From Botryllus schlosseri (Eukaryota), in contig CM119371.1 in assembly GCA_051294905.1 (NCBI GenBank), forward strand, positions 9,610,001 to 9,674,000: a DNA stretch of 64,000 nt, in the 5' to 3' direction. A model generated the notes under the pieces. The model saw nothing but the letters and a program-made list of their open reading frames with translations. It ran no database searches and was not told the origin of the DNA. The position numbers and the translations under genes were made by a program. Below, in pieces: positions 12,142 to 23,389 of the stretch (positions within the stretch are counted from its first letter, which is position 1; each line of letters begins with the position of its first letter).

Positions 12142-12508
12142 GTGTCGACACAAGCAAATCTCACGGTTCAATGAAATTGTATCACGTCACAATTTCCATT
12201 TGGCTACAGGCAATTTACCGGTCATTTTTGACCGGCTTGCCGAGCATTAAATTTGATGAGTCGGGTATCAATCGAAAGCTGACTCTGCACTGATTACGAA
12301 AATATAAATTTTATTCCACTCATGGCCCTGGAACCCCCACAATCAGCCCCAAATTATTCATTGTTAAGTAGGTTGGCAGTGTGACGCAACAAGGCTGTCT
12401 GGCGAAACGAGAGACTAGCTCAAGAGCAAGGATGCGGCCGAGCGGCGAGGGTGGGATCAGCTGACGTCGCGGCAATAGCTATGTGCAATCGCGTCGCAGA
12501 GAAACCCT

Positions 12509-13125
12509 GCGCTGTTGATACTTTTCTACAGGCGCTTCGGTACAAGCGAGCACGCCTTATCAGCCTTTCCTTGACTTTAAAGGGTAGAACTGGGTCCACA
12601 GAATGTATTAGGGCCCTACAAATTTTCGCGCGTTATCCTTCAACTGATAGAGATATTTAGGCTACGTCTAAATAGTCTACATTGGATATGTCACATTATT
12701 ATGATATCGATTGCCTTAGCCCGCTAGTTGCGTAGGGCTCCAGAGACGCGTGGCGCTGTTGATACTTTCTATAGGCGCTTCGCTAAAAGCGAGCACACAC
12801 CAGCCTTTCCTTGACTTGTAAGGGTAGAACTGGGTCCACAGAATGTTTTTGGTCCCTACCAATTTTCGCGCAATATCCTTCAGCTGATAGAGATATGTAG
12901 GCTACGTTTAAGTAGTCTACATTGACTATGTCAGATTATTATGATATCGATTACCTTAGCCGCTTGTTGCGTAGGGCTCCAGAGATGCGTGGCGCTGGTG
13001 ATGGCGGGTGTCGATACTTTCTATAGTCGCTTTTATGGTTAAGTGTGAGCAATGAGCATTGAGCATTGGCATACATTACAAGTTTTTGTTTGATCCGTAA
13101 GGGTAGGACTTGGTCCGCGAATGCA
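12509..13125. repeat. Internal tandem repeat, about 240-244-bp unit, 2 full copies plus 1 partial
   Basis: GCGCTG(T/G)TGAT... unit starts at 12509, 12753 and 12992. Confidence 0.85.
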
Positions 13126-14439
13126 GCAGGTAAAATGTTGATTGTTGAATAAAGTTCAACAGCAGTAGTGTCGAATTAAACTGGGATCTTTGTCCGGATT
13201 CAATCCGTTATTGGAAAGCTTGCGGGCCAGACCTGCCAAACGACTCCAAAATGTTACCACCAAATCCATACCTTTGTTTTTCACTGGAATATATCTGATA
13301 TCACTATTAACGTTGACGTTCGAATTTGGTGTATCATTTTTCAATCACCGAACAGTTTTTTGAATGCCGGGGACCTTTTGCGTCAAAAGTAATACAGTGG
13401 TATCACAGATATTTGAATTATATTCATTCTGTAGCCTGTATTTATATTCCTAATGTAACTTACGTAAAACGGATTTGCATTATTTTTTTAGCATCTGTGA
13501 ATAACTGAATGTCCATTGTCCATTCGGCCCAACAGAGTTTGCATAGAAAGCGCATAGAAAAGTATCAACAGCGCAGGGTTTCTCTGCGACGCGATTGCTC
13601 ATTGCTATTGCCGCGACGTCAGCTGATCCCACTCTCGCCGCTCGGCCGCATCCTTGCTCTTGAGCTAGTCTCTCGTTTCGCCAGACAGCATTGTTGCGTC
13701 ACACTGCCAACCTACTTAACAATGAATAATTTGGGGCTGATTGTGGGGGTTCCAGGGCCATGAGTGGAATAAAATTTATATTTTCGTAATCAGTGCAGAA
13801 TCAGCTTTCGATTGATACCCGACTCATCAAATTTAATGCTCGGCAAGCCGGTCAAAAATGACCGTTAAATTGCCCGTAGCCAAATGAAAATTGTGACGTG
13901 ATACAATTTCATTGAACCGTGAGATTTGCTTGTGTCGACACCATATAGGACACTATGATGTAATCACATCATGGCCAAACACTAAACGGCGAACCGCAGA
14001 CCAGGCGTAAATTGTTATGCTAAATACTAAATACAGCGGACCGAGCAAAGCTGCATGCCATTATAGAGGATCCTCTATAATGCCATGACAAAATCGCTCA
14101 GACTTTCAATACTGAAAGGTTAACGACTGACCAGGCAAGCCTGCGGATGGATAGACTCTGACAAAATCACTCAAGACTCTGAATATAGATAACTAAGGTA
14201 AAATTATAGAATATAGTAAAACTAGTAAGTATAGTAGTAAAACTGCCGCTGTGATCACTCGTCCATGATATTTCGCTATGTCTCGGTTAAGAAACTACTT
14301 CTTGTCGTGATTACTCGAGAGTCGAGACTCGTATATAAGTGTTTTGAGGATTATTATTGATTGAGACTCTATACGCAATAACTGCAAACGTCTGAATAAA
14401 CCGATTGTATTCAGCCTATATACATATACATTATACATT

Positions 14440-14525
14440 TTATTAATATATTCATTGTGGAGATATATTAAAACCCTAAGCTTTTCGAGCTGACACTCTT
14501 CAAGGGCAATCGTCAGCAAATGGGT
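14440..14525 (-). mobile_element. Penelope-like element terminal fragment
   Basis: Reverse complement matches 41430-41510, the 3' end of the Penelope-like element (CCATTTGCTGACGATTGCCCTTGAA.AGTGTCAGCTCGAA). Confidence 0.6.
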
Positions 14526-14790
14526 CAGTTCAAGCCAGGTGGCCATGCCATATTCCCACCATCTCAAAACGTCATGGAAATTGGCATGCTTGCAGAGCTT
14601 TGTTTTCTGATTTCAGAAATCCAAATTTCATTAAAAAAGGTCGACTAGAACCTAAGGTATGACCGTATAAAAATTGCCATTTTTCTGATCGCTCAAGCGG
14701 AGAAAATGTCCGAAATATATACATGTAATTTAAATTTGCCATAATTCATTCAAATTAAGGCTGTTGAGGGTGAAACTTTCACACTTGGTC

Positions 14791-16144
14791 ATTTACAGCA
14801 CACTTAATACATTCTCACCTTCTTTGACACCTGGGGCTGCCTAGTTTGACCTTTGAACCCATGGTTCTATTTGTAACTTTTGAAGGCACTCATGCGTGAC
14901 GTCAGTTTTAATTGCAGATATCTCTTGGCCAACAGGTGGAATCATCAAGTGTAAGGTATCATTGGAAAGCCCTTGGAAAGGCTTTCAAAATCAACAATAG
15001 AATTAGTGGATATCTCATCATCATTTGTTGTATACCAGTGTTGAAAAAAGTTATTGAATTTCGAAATTTTATTATAATTTTACTTTTAGAGGTTGCACGG
15101 TATTGAATTAAGTCTTATGTTTGTAGAATGGATACTTGTAGTATAGGCTGTGTTTTGGAAGCTGATTGTCACATAAAGGCCTACCGATATCAAAAGCAAA
15201 AATTAGAGTCACTGGATGATCTAACTGATGAAGAACGAGAGCTTCTTTAAAATCCAGGTTGGGGCAGAATGCAACATCAGTACAAGACCCGGTACTGATC
15301 TCCTGACTACTAGTACAATTTGCACGTTTCACAAGTATAAATGTGTTGACACTTATTCTGCATCATATAAATCCTGGTGTGATGTATTTCAACGCCACCA
15401 AAGACCTATCAAAAACCATCCACGCATCATTACTTTGAACTGGTTTAAACGATTCAAGCAACACGACAGTAGTTCGAATATCATTCCAGGGAGGAAACTG
15501 TGCAGCAATTGCAGAAACAAAATGGAGAAAAAGCTTGTAGGCGATCCTGATATATCATTGAGTACTAGTGGAAGTGAGTTGGAAGAAATACAATCATAGT
15601 TTGAAGCAGATTCCTACAGCAATGGAAAGTCTGAGACGCCCACTGACTGATCAGATTTTGAATATGGAAGGAATGATGTCTTACTGCGTGCCAAACCTTC
15701 AAAAAATTAAATTTATAAATTTGCTCAAAGACGAATTGGATGATACAAAACATTTTTTGAAGTATTTTGTGTATTCACCACAAACTGCGTACCGGTAGCA
15801 GAATTTCCTTCAATATTTGAAAATCTGTTTGTTCCATAAGTACGCAATGTGAGAATTTTTTATTAAAACATGCTATTTTCAGGTTAGTTTCATGGCACTC
15901 TTACGGTATGTAATGATTGGATATCCAGTAATTCTATTGTTGATTTTGAAAGTCCTTGTCTAGAGCTTTCCAACGACACCTTACACTTGATGACATCACT
16001 TCTTGGCCAAAAGAAATTTGCAATTAAAAATGACGTCACGCGTGAGCGATTTTTGAAGACGCGAACAGAATCACGGGGTTTAAGGTCAGACTATGCAACC
16101 CCAGGTGTCAAAGAAGGGGGCAAAGTATCAAGTAGGATGTAAAT
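14791..16144. mobile_element. Long-TIR DNA transposon remnant (family unresolved) with a decayed Cys-rich ORF
   Basis: Diverged inverted arms at about 14791-15008 and 15912-16144; internal ORF pieces 15228-15599 (PGRKLCSNCR) and 15568-15798; right arm cut by a hAT insertion. Confidence 0.6.
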
Positions 16145-16758
16145 CAGTGGTTCTTAACCTTGCCCCCAGCGCCCCCCAGGGGGCGCTGGCGATCTTGAAG
16201 GGGGCGCTGGGCTCAGGGGGCGGTATGGGGGGCGCTGGAGAAAAATGGCTTCGCAGTAGATGATGTGGTGATAGGACATATCCTTAATCAGTATTCAGAG
16301 CAAATTAACACCGAAAACTTCGTTACATATAGCCTTCAAAATACATATAGGTTTAATTGTCCATGGGCGCCTAAATGACTGACACCGAATGTTCTTGTCT
16401 TGGCAATCTGAACCCCAGAAGACGAATTCCATCTGGCAGGGAAAAATTATATGTCAGTGAAGAAATACCAATCTGAAATCGTGTGCGTCTTTTAGGTTAG
16501 TACGATTGGGCGACATGGATATTCCTGTTGGGCGATATCCCCATTGAGCGATTCTATATTTTTTGATATTGCAGACAGGGGCTCACGAAATAACATCATG
16601 CAACGAAGTCATACCAACGGGTTCGCCCGCCCGAATATGTTAATTATTAGTAACGGGCCCTACAGTTTCCAAGAAACCTCACAATGTTCGCTTTAAGTTT
16701 TTCTGAGTCTGTGCACACTCAACAACTCACTGCGCTGGCCCTTGGACAACAGTGCGTA
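16145..16758 (+). mobile_element. 5' part of a Buster/Charlie-like hAT non-autonomous element, truncated by pogo insertion at TA
   Basis: Highly similar to 36938-37585; similarity stops at GTGCGTA (TA at 16757-16758). Confidence 0.85.
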
Positions 16759-18189
16759 GGGGGGGTGTGGGAACTTGAGTAGGTAGGGAAATTTGAGTAC
16801 ATTTGGCTAAAACTTCCGCTGGTCCAACATTTCTGCTTCAAATTTGTCAGTTCTGCCTTCATTCAGTAGCTCACTATGCAAGCTATAGATAAGACTAATA
16901 ACCAATTTCCTTGCAGGAAAATTATAGCTTACACATGCAATTGAAAATTTGTGACGCATTTTTTCATTTTTAACACTGTTTTTCAACTTCTTCACAGGTG
17001 ACATAAAAATGGTTGTTGCAAAACGATATACCACTCAAATAGTGATAGTTGATCATACTACAGGGTATAGCTATGGATATTGTCAATGGTGGTGTCAGTA
17101 AGTTTTAATTTACAAAATAATTTTTTGGGGTATTTTGGTTATAGTATGCCATAAGTGGCGGGTAAATTGAGTGTACCATTGAATGCGGAATTTCTCTGTC
17201 CCACGATTATCAGAGGGGTTGCAAATACTCAATTGAATCTTGTTATGCAGGTTTTGTTAAATATTAGAGAAATCAATTGTTAAAACAGTCAAAAGATATG
17301 CCCAGGAATTATAAGAAAAAGCGAACTCCTACATACACGACACAGCAATTGCAACAGGCAGTAAAGGAAATTAAGGGAGGAAAAAGCTGTTATACAGACT
17401 GGAAAGAAACTGGAATTCCATATGAAACTCTCAGGAGAAACTCAATTCGAGAAATGCAAAAAATTGGAGCCCCAACCGTACTTAGTAGTGAGGATGAGAA
17501 ATTGATCGCAATTGCATTGGGAACCCTGGCTGATGAAGGATTCCCATTTGATAGGAAAGATCTGAAACTGATGATCAAATCGTTCCTGGATTTGAATGGA
17601 GTTGAAACACGATTTGTGAACAATATACCAAGTATTGAATGGATCAGGAGCTTTGAGAAGAGAAATTCAGGGATCTCGAGAAGGAAGTCGGAGATTTTGA
17701 CGAAAGCAAGAGCAGAAGGCCTGTCATGTGAGGTAATTGATTCTTTTTTAAGTAAATACCTTGACATTCTGAAACAAAATAACTTGGAAAACCAACCCAC
17801 ACGTATATTCAATTTGGATGAAACTGGCCTAAGCACTGACCCCAGGTCTCAAAAAGTTTATGGGACAAAGGGAAGGAAGCAGTCATACATGATGCATTCA
17901 ACCTGTGGAAAAACAACATATTCCACACTATTTTGCTGCTCAGCCGCTGGATCCTATCTGCCTCCCTTCGTAGTCTACAAAGGCCTCAATATCTATGATA
18001 CTTGGACGTCTGGAGGCCCAGAGGGAACACATTATGCTGTTACTCTAAGTGGGTGGATGCAAGATTGTGTATTTGAGAATTGGCTCAAGGAATTTGCAAC
18101 TCAAATACAATCGTTGGATAAACCCTGCCTACTTATTCTGGATGGTCATGGCAGTCATATTACATATAAATGCTCTGAAATTTGCCGAG

Positions 18190-18323
18190 TGTGGTTTGCA
18201 TGCGTTGTATGTGCACCGGGACCTGCGAGAGGCACTGGTGTGGGGAGAACGTGAGAGCGGCGGCGGTGGTATGTCGGACTAAGTTTGCCTGTACTGATTC
18301 TGTTAATACAATTACTATCTACA
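18190..18323 (+). repeat. 5' LTR (134 bp)
   Basis: TGTGGTTTGC...CTATCTACA; identical by eye to 22222-22355. Confidence 0.95.
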
Positions 18324-18335
18324 AGCTATCGCGGC
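18324..18335 (+). promoter_or_regulatory. Non-canonical primer-binding site AGCTATCGCGGC
   Basis: Immediately follows the 5' LTR; lacks TGG; reverse complement GCCGCGATAGCT fits tRNA positions 1-12. Confidence 0.55.
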
Positions 18336-18338
18336 AAT

Positions 18339-19115
18339 ATGTCGACGGTGAGGATAACGGACATTATGCCTATGTATGTGGACTTCGCTACTTCGGGGGA
18401 TGTGGCTGTGTGGCTGGATAAATTTGAGACCGTTATGAAACTGCGAGGTAACAAGCCAGAAGAATATGTTCCTCTATTGTTGGACACTGCGGCGTTCTCA
18501 GTATATAGGCAATTAAGTGATGAGGATAAAAAGGAGTACAGTAAAGTAAAGACTGCTCTCTTGGCAGCATTTGGCGTCAATTGTTACGATGCGTACTGCC
18601 AGTTTCAGCGCAGGACTCTTCAAGAACGTGAGAGTGTTGATGTTTTCGTAGCTGACCTCCAGAGACTGGTTACTCTTGTGGGTATGGACCCTGCTGCTTC
18701 TGAACCGATAGTAAAGTGCGCTTTTGTGACTGGGCTGCCGATCGATGTGGCATGCCAGCTAAAGTCTCTTGCTGAAATTGAGAAACTGGAAATTGGTGAA
18801 TTGGTGGTACGAGCTAGAATGATCATGCCCACCAGGGTGCCCGTTGGCATGCTCTGTGCAGCTGGCACATACAAAGGAAAGACTTTTGAGTGCTTCTCTT
18901 GTGGGAAAGACGGACATATAGCACGCGAGTGCCCTAATAGGGATATTGGGAGACGGAGTTATGGCCGTGGGCTGCCGCCAATAAAGTGTTTTGAATGTGG
19001 TAACCCTGGTCATATAGCTCGGTTCTGCAAGAACGGTGCTACATGGCCAATCAATCAGGGAAACGGCAATGGGGAACGGTCAGCATCGGATGGGTTCCCC
19101 AGCCACCGACAGTGA
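18339..19115 (+). CDS. gag: Gag with two CCHC zinc knuckles
   Basis: First ATG after the LTR; [14 protein letters not shown] and [14 protein letters not shown]. Confidence 0.93.
   Translation: MSTVRITDIMPMYVDFATSGDVAVWLDKFETVMKLRGNKPEEYVPLLLDTAAFSVYRQLSDEDKKEYSKVKTALLAAFGVNCYDAYCQFQRRTLQERESVDVFVADLQRLVTLVGMDPAASEPIVKCAFVTGLPIDVACQLKSLAEIEKLEIGELVVRARMIMPTRVPVGMLCAAGTYKGKTFECFSCGKDGHIARECPNRDIGRRSYGRGLPPIKCFECGNPGHIARFCKNGATWPINQGNGNGERSASDGFPSHRQ
19058..19101 (+). promoter_or_regulatory. -1 ribosomal frameshift signal (G GGA AAC plus stem-loop)
   Basis: In-frame X XXY YYZ heptamer at 19058-19064; stem TGGGGAAC (19070-19077) / GTTCCCCA (19094-19101); pol lies in the -1 frame and is open from this site to 19153. 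Confidence 0.75.
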
Positions 19116-22100
19116 GGAAAGAGGTGCTGCCAATCATTTCTGTAAAAATATTTTGAATATCTGTAGAAGCTCTCGTTGATAGTGGTTGCCAGAGATCAGT
19201 GGTGCGAGAAGACGTGTGTAAGCAATTGGGCGTGCCAGTGAGGGGACCAAAGCTAGTTGTGGAAATGTTGAATGGCGAATTAACATTTTGTCATGGTGAC
19301 GCGACAGTCAAACTGGAAATTGACGAAGTTGACCTCTGTATGGAAGTTTTAATAGCAACTCGTCTGGTTTGTAATGCAAAGGTGATTCTGGGGACGGATG
19401 TGATCGAGAGGATGGATGGGGTGTTTGTTGGTCCAGATCTTCGAGTACGGTTTGGTGCACTTCCCGCATATGTTGCTGTGGGAGTGAGTTGTCAAGAAGA
19501 AAATGAGAAGTTGAGTGAAGAAGAAGTTGAGAAGCCGATTGAAGTAGAAGAAGTCGAGAAGTTGGGTGAAGAAGAAGATGTGAAGTTGATTGAAGAAGAA
19601 GTCGAGAAGTTGAGGGAAGAAGAAGAAGATGAGAAGTTGATTGAAGAAGAAGTGGAGAAGCTGGTAATCGATGATAAAGATTTTAACGCTATTTTTGATG
19701 GTTCAAAGTGGGTTGTAGAGTGGAAATGGACGAATGAAGAACCAACCTTGTCAAACCGCTGTCCAGGGTACGCGATTCCACCTGAGTGCCAAGAAGAGTT
19801 CCATCATGAAGTGAATCAATGGATTCAAAATGGCTGGTTGGAAGAATACAACCCAGACGTTCATGGACGTCAAAAGGGTCTGATCCCTCTGATGGCAGTA
19901 AAACAACCGAACAAATCAAGAAAGGTGCGGCCAGTTATGGATTACCGCGAGATGAATAGGCATGTGATGAGTCATCCCGGTGCAGATGTTGTGGTGTGCC
20001 AGGAAAAACTGAGAGAATGGCGGAAGAAAGGCACACATGCGTATATGTTAGATCTGCAAAAAGCATATCTACAAATTCACGTTTCAGAGCGCTTGCACAC
20101 ATTTCAAATCGTGCAGCATGGCGAGAAGAAATACGTCATGACGCGTATGGGATTTGGCCTCAATGTTGCGCCAAAAGTAATGTCAAAGATCCTGTCGGTG
20201 GTGTTGTCGCAGAGTCAAGAGATGAAGCGTGGAACAGATCATTATATCGATGATATATTTGTTGATGCCAGTATTGTGGATGTGGAAACGGTGAGGAGGC
20301 ACTTATTACGGTATGGACTAAGAGCAAAGGAGCCTGTCCCATTGAACGAAGCACGGGTATTAGGACTGAGAGTCACTGCGACGGCTGCGGGGTCGTATGA
20401 ATGGGCCAGAGATGGAATCCTACCAGAGCCTGCTAAAGAATGGTCAAAGAGGCAGCTCTTTTCTATGTTCGGTAAACTTATCGGTCACTACCCTGTGGCA
20501 GGCTGGCTGAGGATTGCTTGCAGCTACGTAAAGCGCCTTGCTAATGAAGTGACATGGGACGAAACAGTACCACTTCATGTGTTACAACTAGCTGGCGAAA
20601 TCCTTGCAAGGGTGAAAGAGAAAGATCCGGTGGGAGGAATTTGGCAAGCTCCTGCTGGAGGAAGGGTGCAACTTTGGTGTGATGCGAGTAACCTAGCAAT
20701 TGGGTGTTGTCTAATGGTGGATGGCCATGTAGTGGAAGATGCGGCCTGGATGAGAAAGCAGGATGACGGTGCTCACATCAACGTCGCAGAATTGGAGGCT
20801 GTGGTGAAGGGACTGAATCTAGCGCTAAAATGGAAGGTAAGGAAAGTAGAGATTATCACTGATTCCGCAAGTGTCTACAATTGGGTGAGATCAATTTTGG
20901 AGGATTTGAACCGGCCAAGAGTGCATGGCTTAAGTGAAATGATTGTTAGAAGAAGGCTGGGATTGATGGCGCAGTTGATTGAAGAATATGATATGAAAGT
21001 CAGCATTCGTCTGGTTCCCTCTGCAAAAAACATAGCTAATGCTTTGACACGGGTACCACGGAGCTGGCACCCAAAGATTTGTGTGGGAGTTGCCACGCAA
21101 AGTCAAGCGGTGGAAGATCGTGTCAAGAGGATCCACGAAAAGCATCACCTGGGAACAGACTGAACATTGTATGTAGCAGAACGCTGCTTGGGGCGGGAAG
21201 TAAGCCTGGAAATGGTTAAACAAGTTGTTGACAATTGTAACATATGTCGCCAAATTGATCCTCATCCAGTCAAGTGGGAACACGGGCAGTTGTCGGTGGA
21301 TAAAGTATGGAGTAGGCTGGCATTAGACATTACATACGTTGGTGGGCAGCCTTACTTAAGTATGATTGATTGTGGTCCAAGTCGATTTGCGATATGGAGG
21401 AAAATAACAACCGAATCTACCGAACAAGTCATCCAGCATCTAGGCCAAGTGTTGCTGGAGCGTGGGGCTGTCGACGAAATTTTGAGTGACAATGGTAGTT
21501 GCTTCAAAAGTCACAAAATGTCACAATTTTTGTGGAATTGGGGAATTGGCCATGTATTCAGCTGTGCTTACAAACATTCCGGAAATTCGATTGTTGAAAG
21601 AAATCACAGGACCATCAAACGGATGGTGGCCAGGACTGGTGGTAGTGTGAGTGAAATGGTGTATTGGTATAATAATACCCCAAACGTTGAGAATGTCGTA
21701 CCAGCTGAGAGGGTATTTCGTTATGAGTCTACTCTTCCAGATGGAGAGCGGGGAGTAGCAAAAGACCGCAATTCCAGAAAGAAACATTTAAACCCATACA
21801 ACATCGGAGAACGTGTCTTTGTGAAGCCACCTAATGCGAGGTGTACATCTGTGTGGAACAAAGGAACTGTGACGGATATTGTATCGGACTCGGTTGTTGA
21901 AGTGAATGGGACGAACCGTCATATATCACATATAAGACGCGTAATGGGTTGCGGCCCAGATCAGGAACGAAGCCAGAGCAGAATGCCACATCTGATTGAC
22001 TTATTTTCAACTGATGACGAAAATGCTAGTGAATCGAGAATGGCTTCGGAAGGTGAACCGTTGGGGGAAGAATTGATGCCAGAAGTAGAACAAAGACCAT

Positions 22101-22150
22101 CTCGCAGAAGGGCACAACCCGGCTGGTTGGCAGACTTTGATATGGGATAG
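19064..22150 (+). pseudogene. pol: Pol (aspartic protease, RT, RNase H, integrase) with two in-frame TGA stops
   Basis: ALVDSG (PR); DLQKAYLQI, GFGLNVAP, YIDDIF (RT); WCDAS, ELEAV, ITDS (RH); HHLG...CNIC, LALD, SDNG, VERNHRTIK (IN). TGA at 19154-19156 and 21161-21163. Confidence 0.95.
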
Positions 22151-22212
22151 CATTATATTCTAGTTTGTTGCATTGTTTAGTGATTTGTTTCATTTCTTTT
22201 GATCTTGAGATC

Positions 22213-22221
22213 AGGGGGGTA
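22213..22221 (+). promoter_or_regulatory. Polypurine tract
   Basis: AGGGGGGTA immediately before the 3' LTR. Confidence 0.8.
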
Positions 22222-22355
22222 TGTGGTTTGCATGCGTTGTATGTGCACCGGGACCTGCGAGAGGCACTGGTGTGGGGAGAACGTGAGAGCGGCGGCGGTG
22301 GTATGTCGGACTAAGTTTGCCTGTACTGATTCTGTTAATACAATTACTATCTACA
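22222..22355 (+). repeat. 3' LTR (134 bp)
   Basis: Direct repeat of 18190-18323, followed by TSD CCGAG. Confidence 0.95.
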
Positions 22356-23389
22356 CCGAGATAACGGCATAATCTTATTTTGTCTTCCACCTCATTCGTC
22401 GCATGCTCTGCAGCCACTGGACGTCGGGGTTTTCAGGCCTTTGAAAATAGCCTGGAAGAATATTCTGAAAAACTGGGCCCGAGAAACACGAATGCAATCG
22501 GTATCAAAAGCCATATTTCCGACCCTACTGAAAAAATTGATGACTGAATTACAATCTAACTGGGCTGTGGGGGGGTTTAAAGGAAGTGGACTTTACCCAG
22601 TCAATGCTGACATAGTAAAAACAAGGCAGTTGATCGTGTTCAGCATGAAATTGTCGAAGAAAGCGATGTGGTGAAAAATTTGACACAGGCTATTACGAGA
22701 GTAGTGTCACTAGCAATTTCAAAAGAAACAAGAACTGCTTTAGATAATCACAATGCGAAACGGAGACTTGTTCAGGCCAAAACTGGTGAGGTGCTGACAT
22801 CGGAAGAGAGCATGGCCAGACTTCAAGAGGAGGAGACAGTAAGAAAGCTTAAGCGCAGAGGTGGAAAAACCAATAAAGTTGTGGCCATAATTCCGACGCA
22901 ACTTTGAGAAATACATGAAAAATCGCCTTGAACGCCATTGAAACAAGCACTTGAGCTATCCTGTTTTGGGTGGATCCATCTGACCGTGACCATTCTGCCG
23001 GCTAACAATGGGAGAACAATCGAGTCGTCACTCCAGTCATACTCTACAGTGCCACTGAAGGAGACCATTGATATTTGTGCGGACGGGCTATTTTAACGAA
23101 ATATATTGGTATAACGCCATTTTATTAATATTCAATGAAGAGTTGGTAAACCGTACGTAATTCCCTGAACTGAGACCCGATAAGACCTTTGTGAGTCGTA
23201 TATTTGTCGTGTGAACGTAGATAACAGAATATGAAATCGTGCGATGTTTTGTGCATGTACTCTCTCGCAGCTATGATAAATATGCGTATGTAATACCACG
23301 TAGAGATTCATTCATTCATTATTCGCTGATTCGGAAGTCCGTTGCATTGTCGTACGTGCGATACAGCTGATCTCATCTGTACCTTTACG

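Larger units (their letters stand above)
11127..13957. mobile_element. P-superfamily (Galileo-like) foldback element with about 400-bp TIRs
   Basis: Ends CATAGTGTCCTATATGG / CCATATAGGACACTATG; exact 7-bp TSD ATGTAAT at 11120-11126 and 13958-13964; left TIR interrupted by a hAT MITE; internal tandem repeats. Confidence 0.85.
18190..22355 (+). mobile_element. Ty3/Gypsy LTR retrotransposon, full length (4,166 bp)
   Basis: TG...CA LTRs, 5-bp TSD CCGAG (18185-18189 and 22356-22360), gag plus PR-RT-RH-IN order, PPT before the 3' LTR. Confidence 0.97.
17298..22945 (+). pseudogene. pogo/Tigger-like transposase (HTH + CENP-B HTH + DDE_1), DD35D, split at 18189/22361
   Basis: Motifs IFNLDETGL and LLILDGHGSH. 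Removing the LTR element and one TSD restores ICR-DNGIILFCLPPHSSHALQPLD, with 35 residues between the 2nd and 3rd D. Frameshift near 22620. Confidence 0.92.
16759..23070 (+). mobile_element. pogo-superfamily DNA transposon (left end after TA; right TIR not found), interrupted by an LTR retrotransposon
   Basis: Starts GGGGGGGTGTGGGAACTTGAGTAG directly after TA; contains the transposase pseudogene. Right boundary approximate. Confidence 0.7.

Noticed and set aside
18190-18335. Tf1-like self-priming of the Gypsy element
   Set aside because: No complement of the PBS 12-mer was found within the LTR.
3524-21163. In-frame TGA codons in the ZNF tail and pol as evidence of a variant genetic code or selenocysteine
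   Set aside because: The expected residues differ (Cys, Gly, Arg), each is one substitution from TGA, and TGA also ends gag and other ORFs normally.
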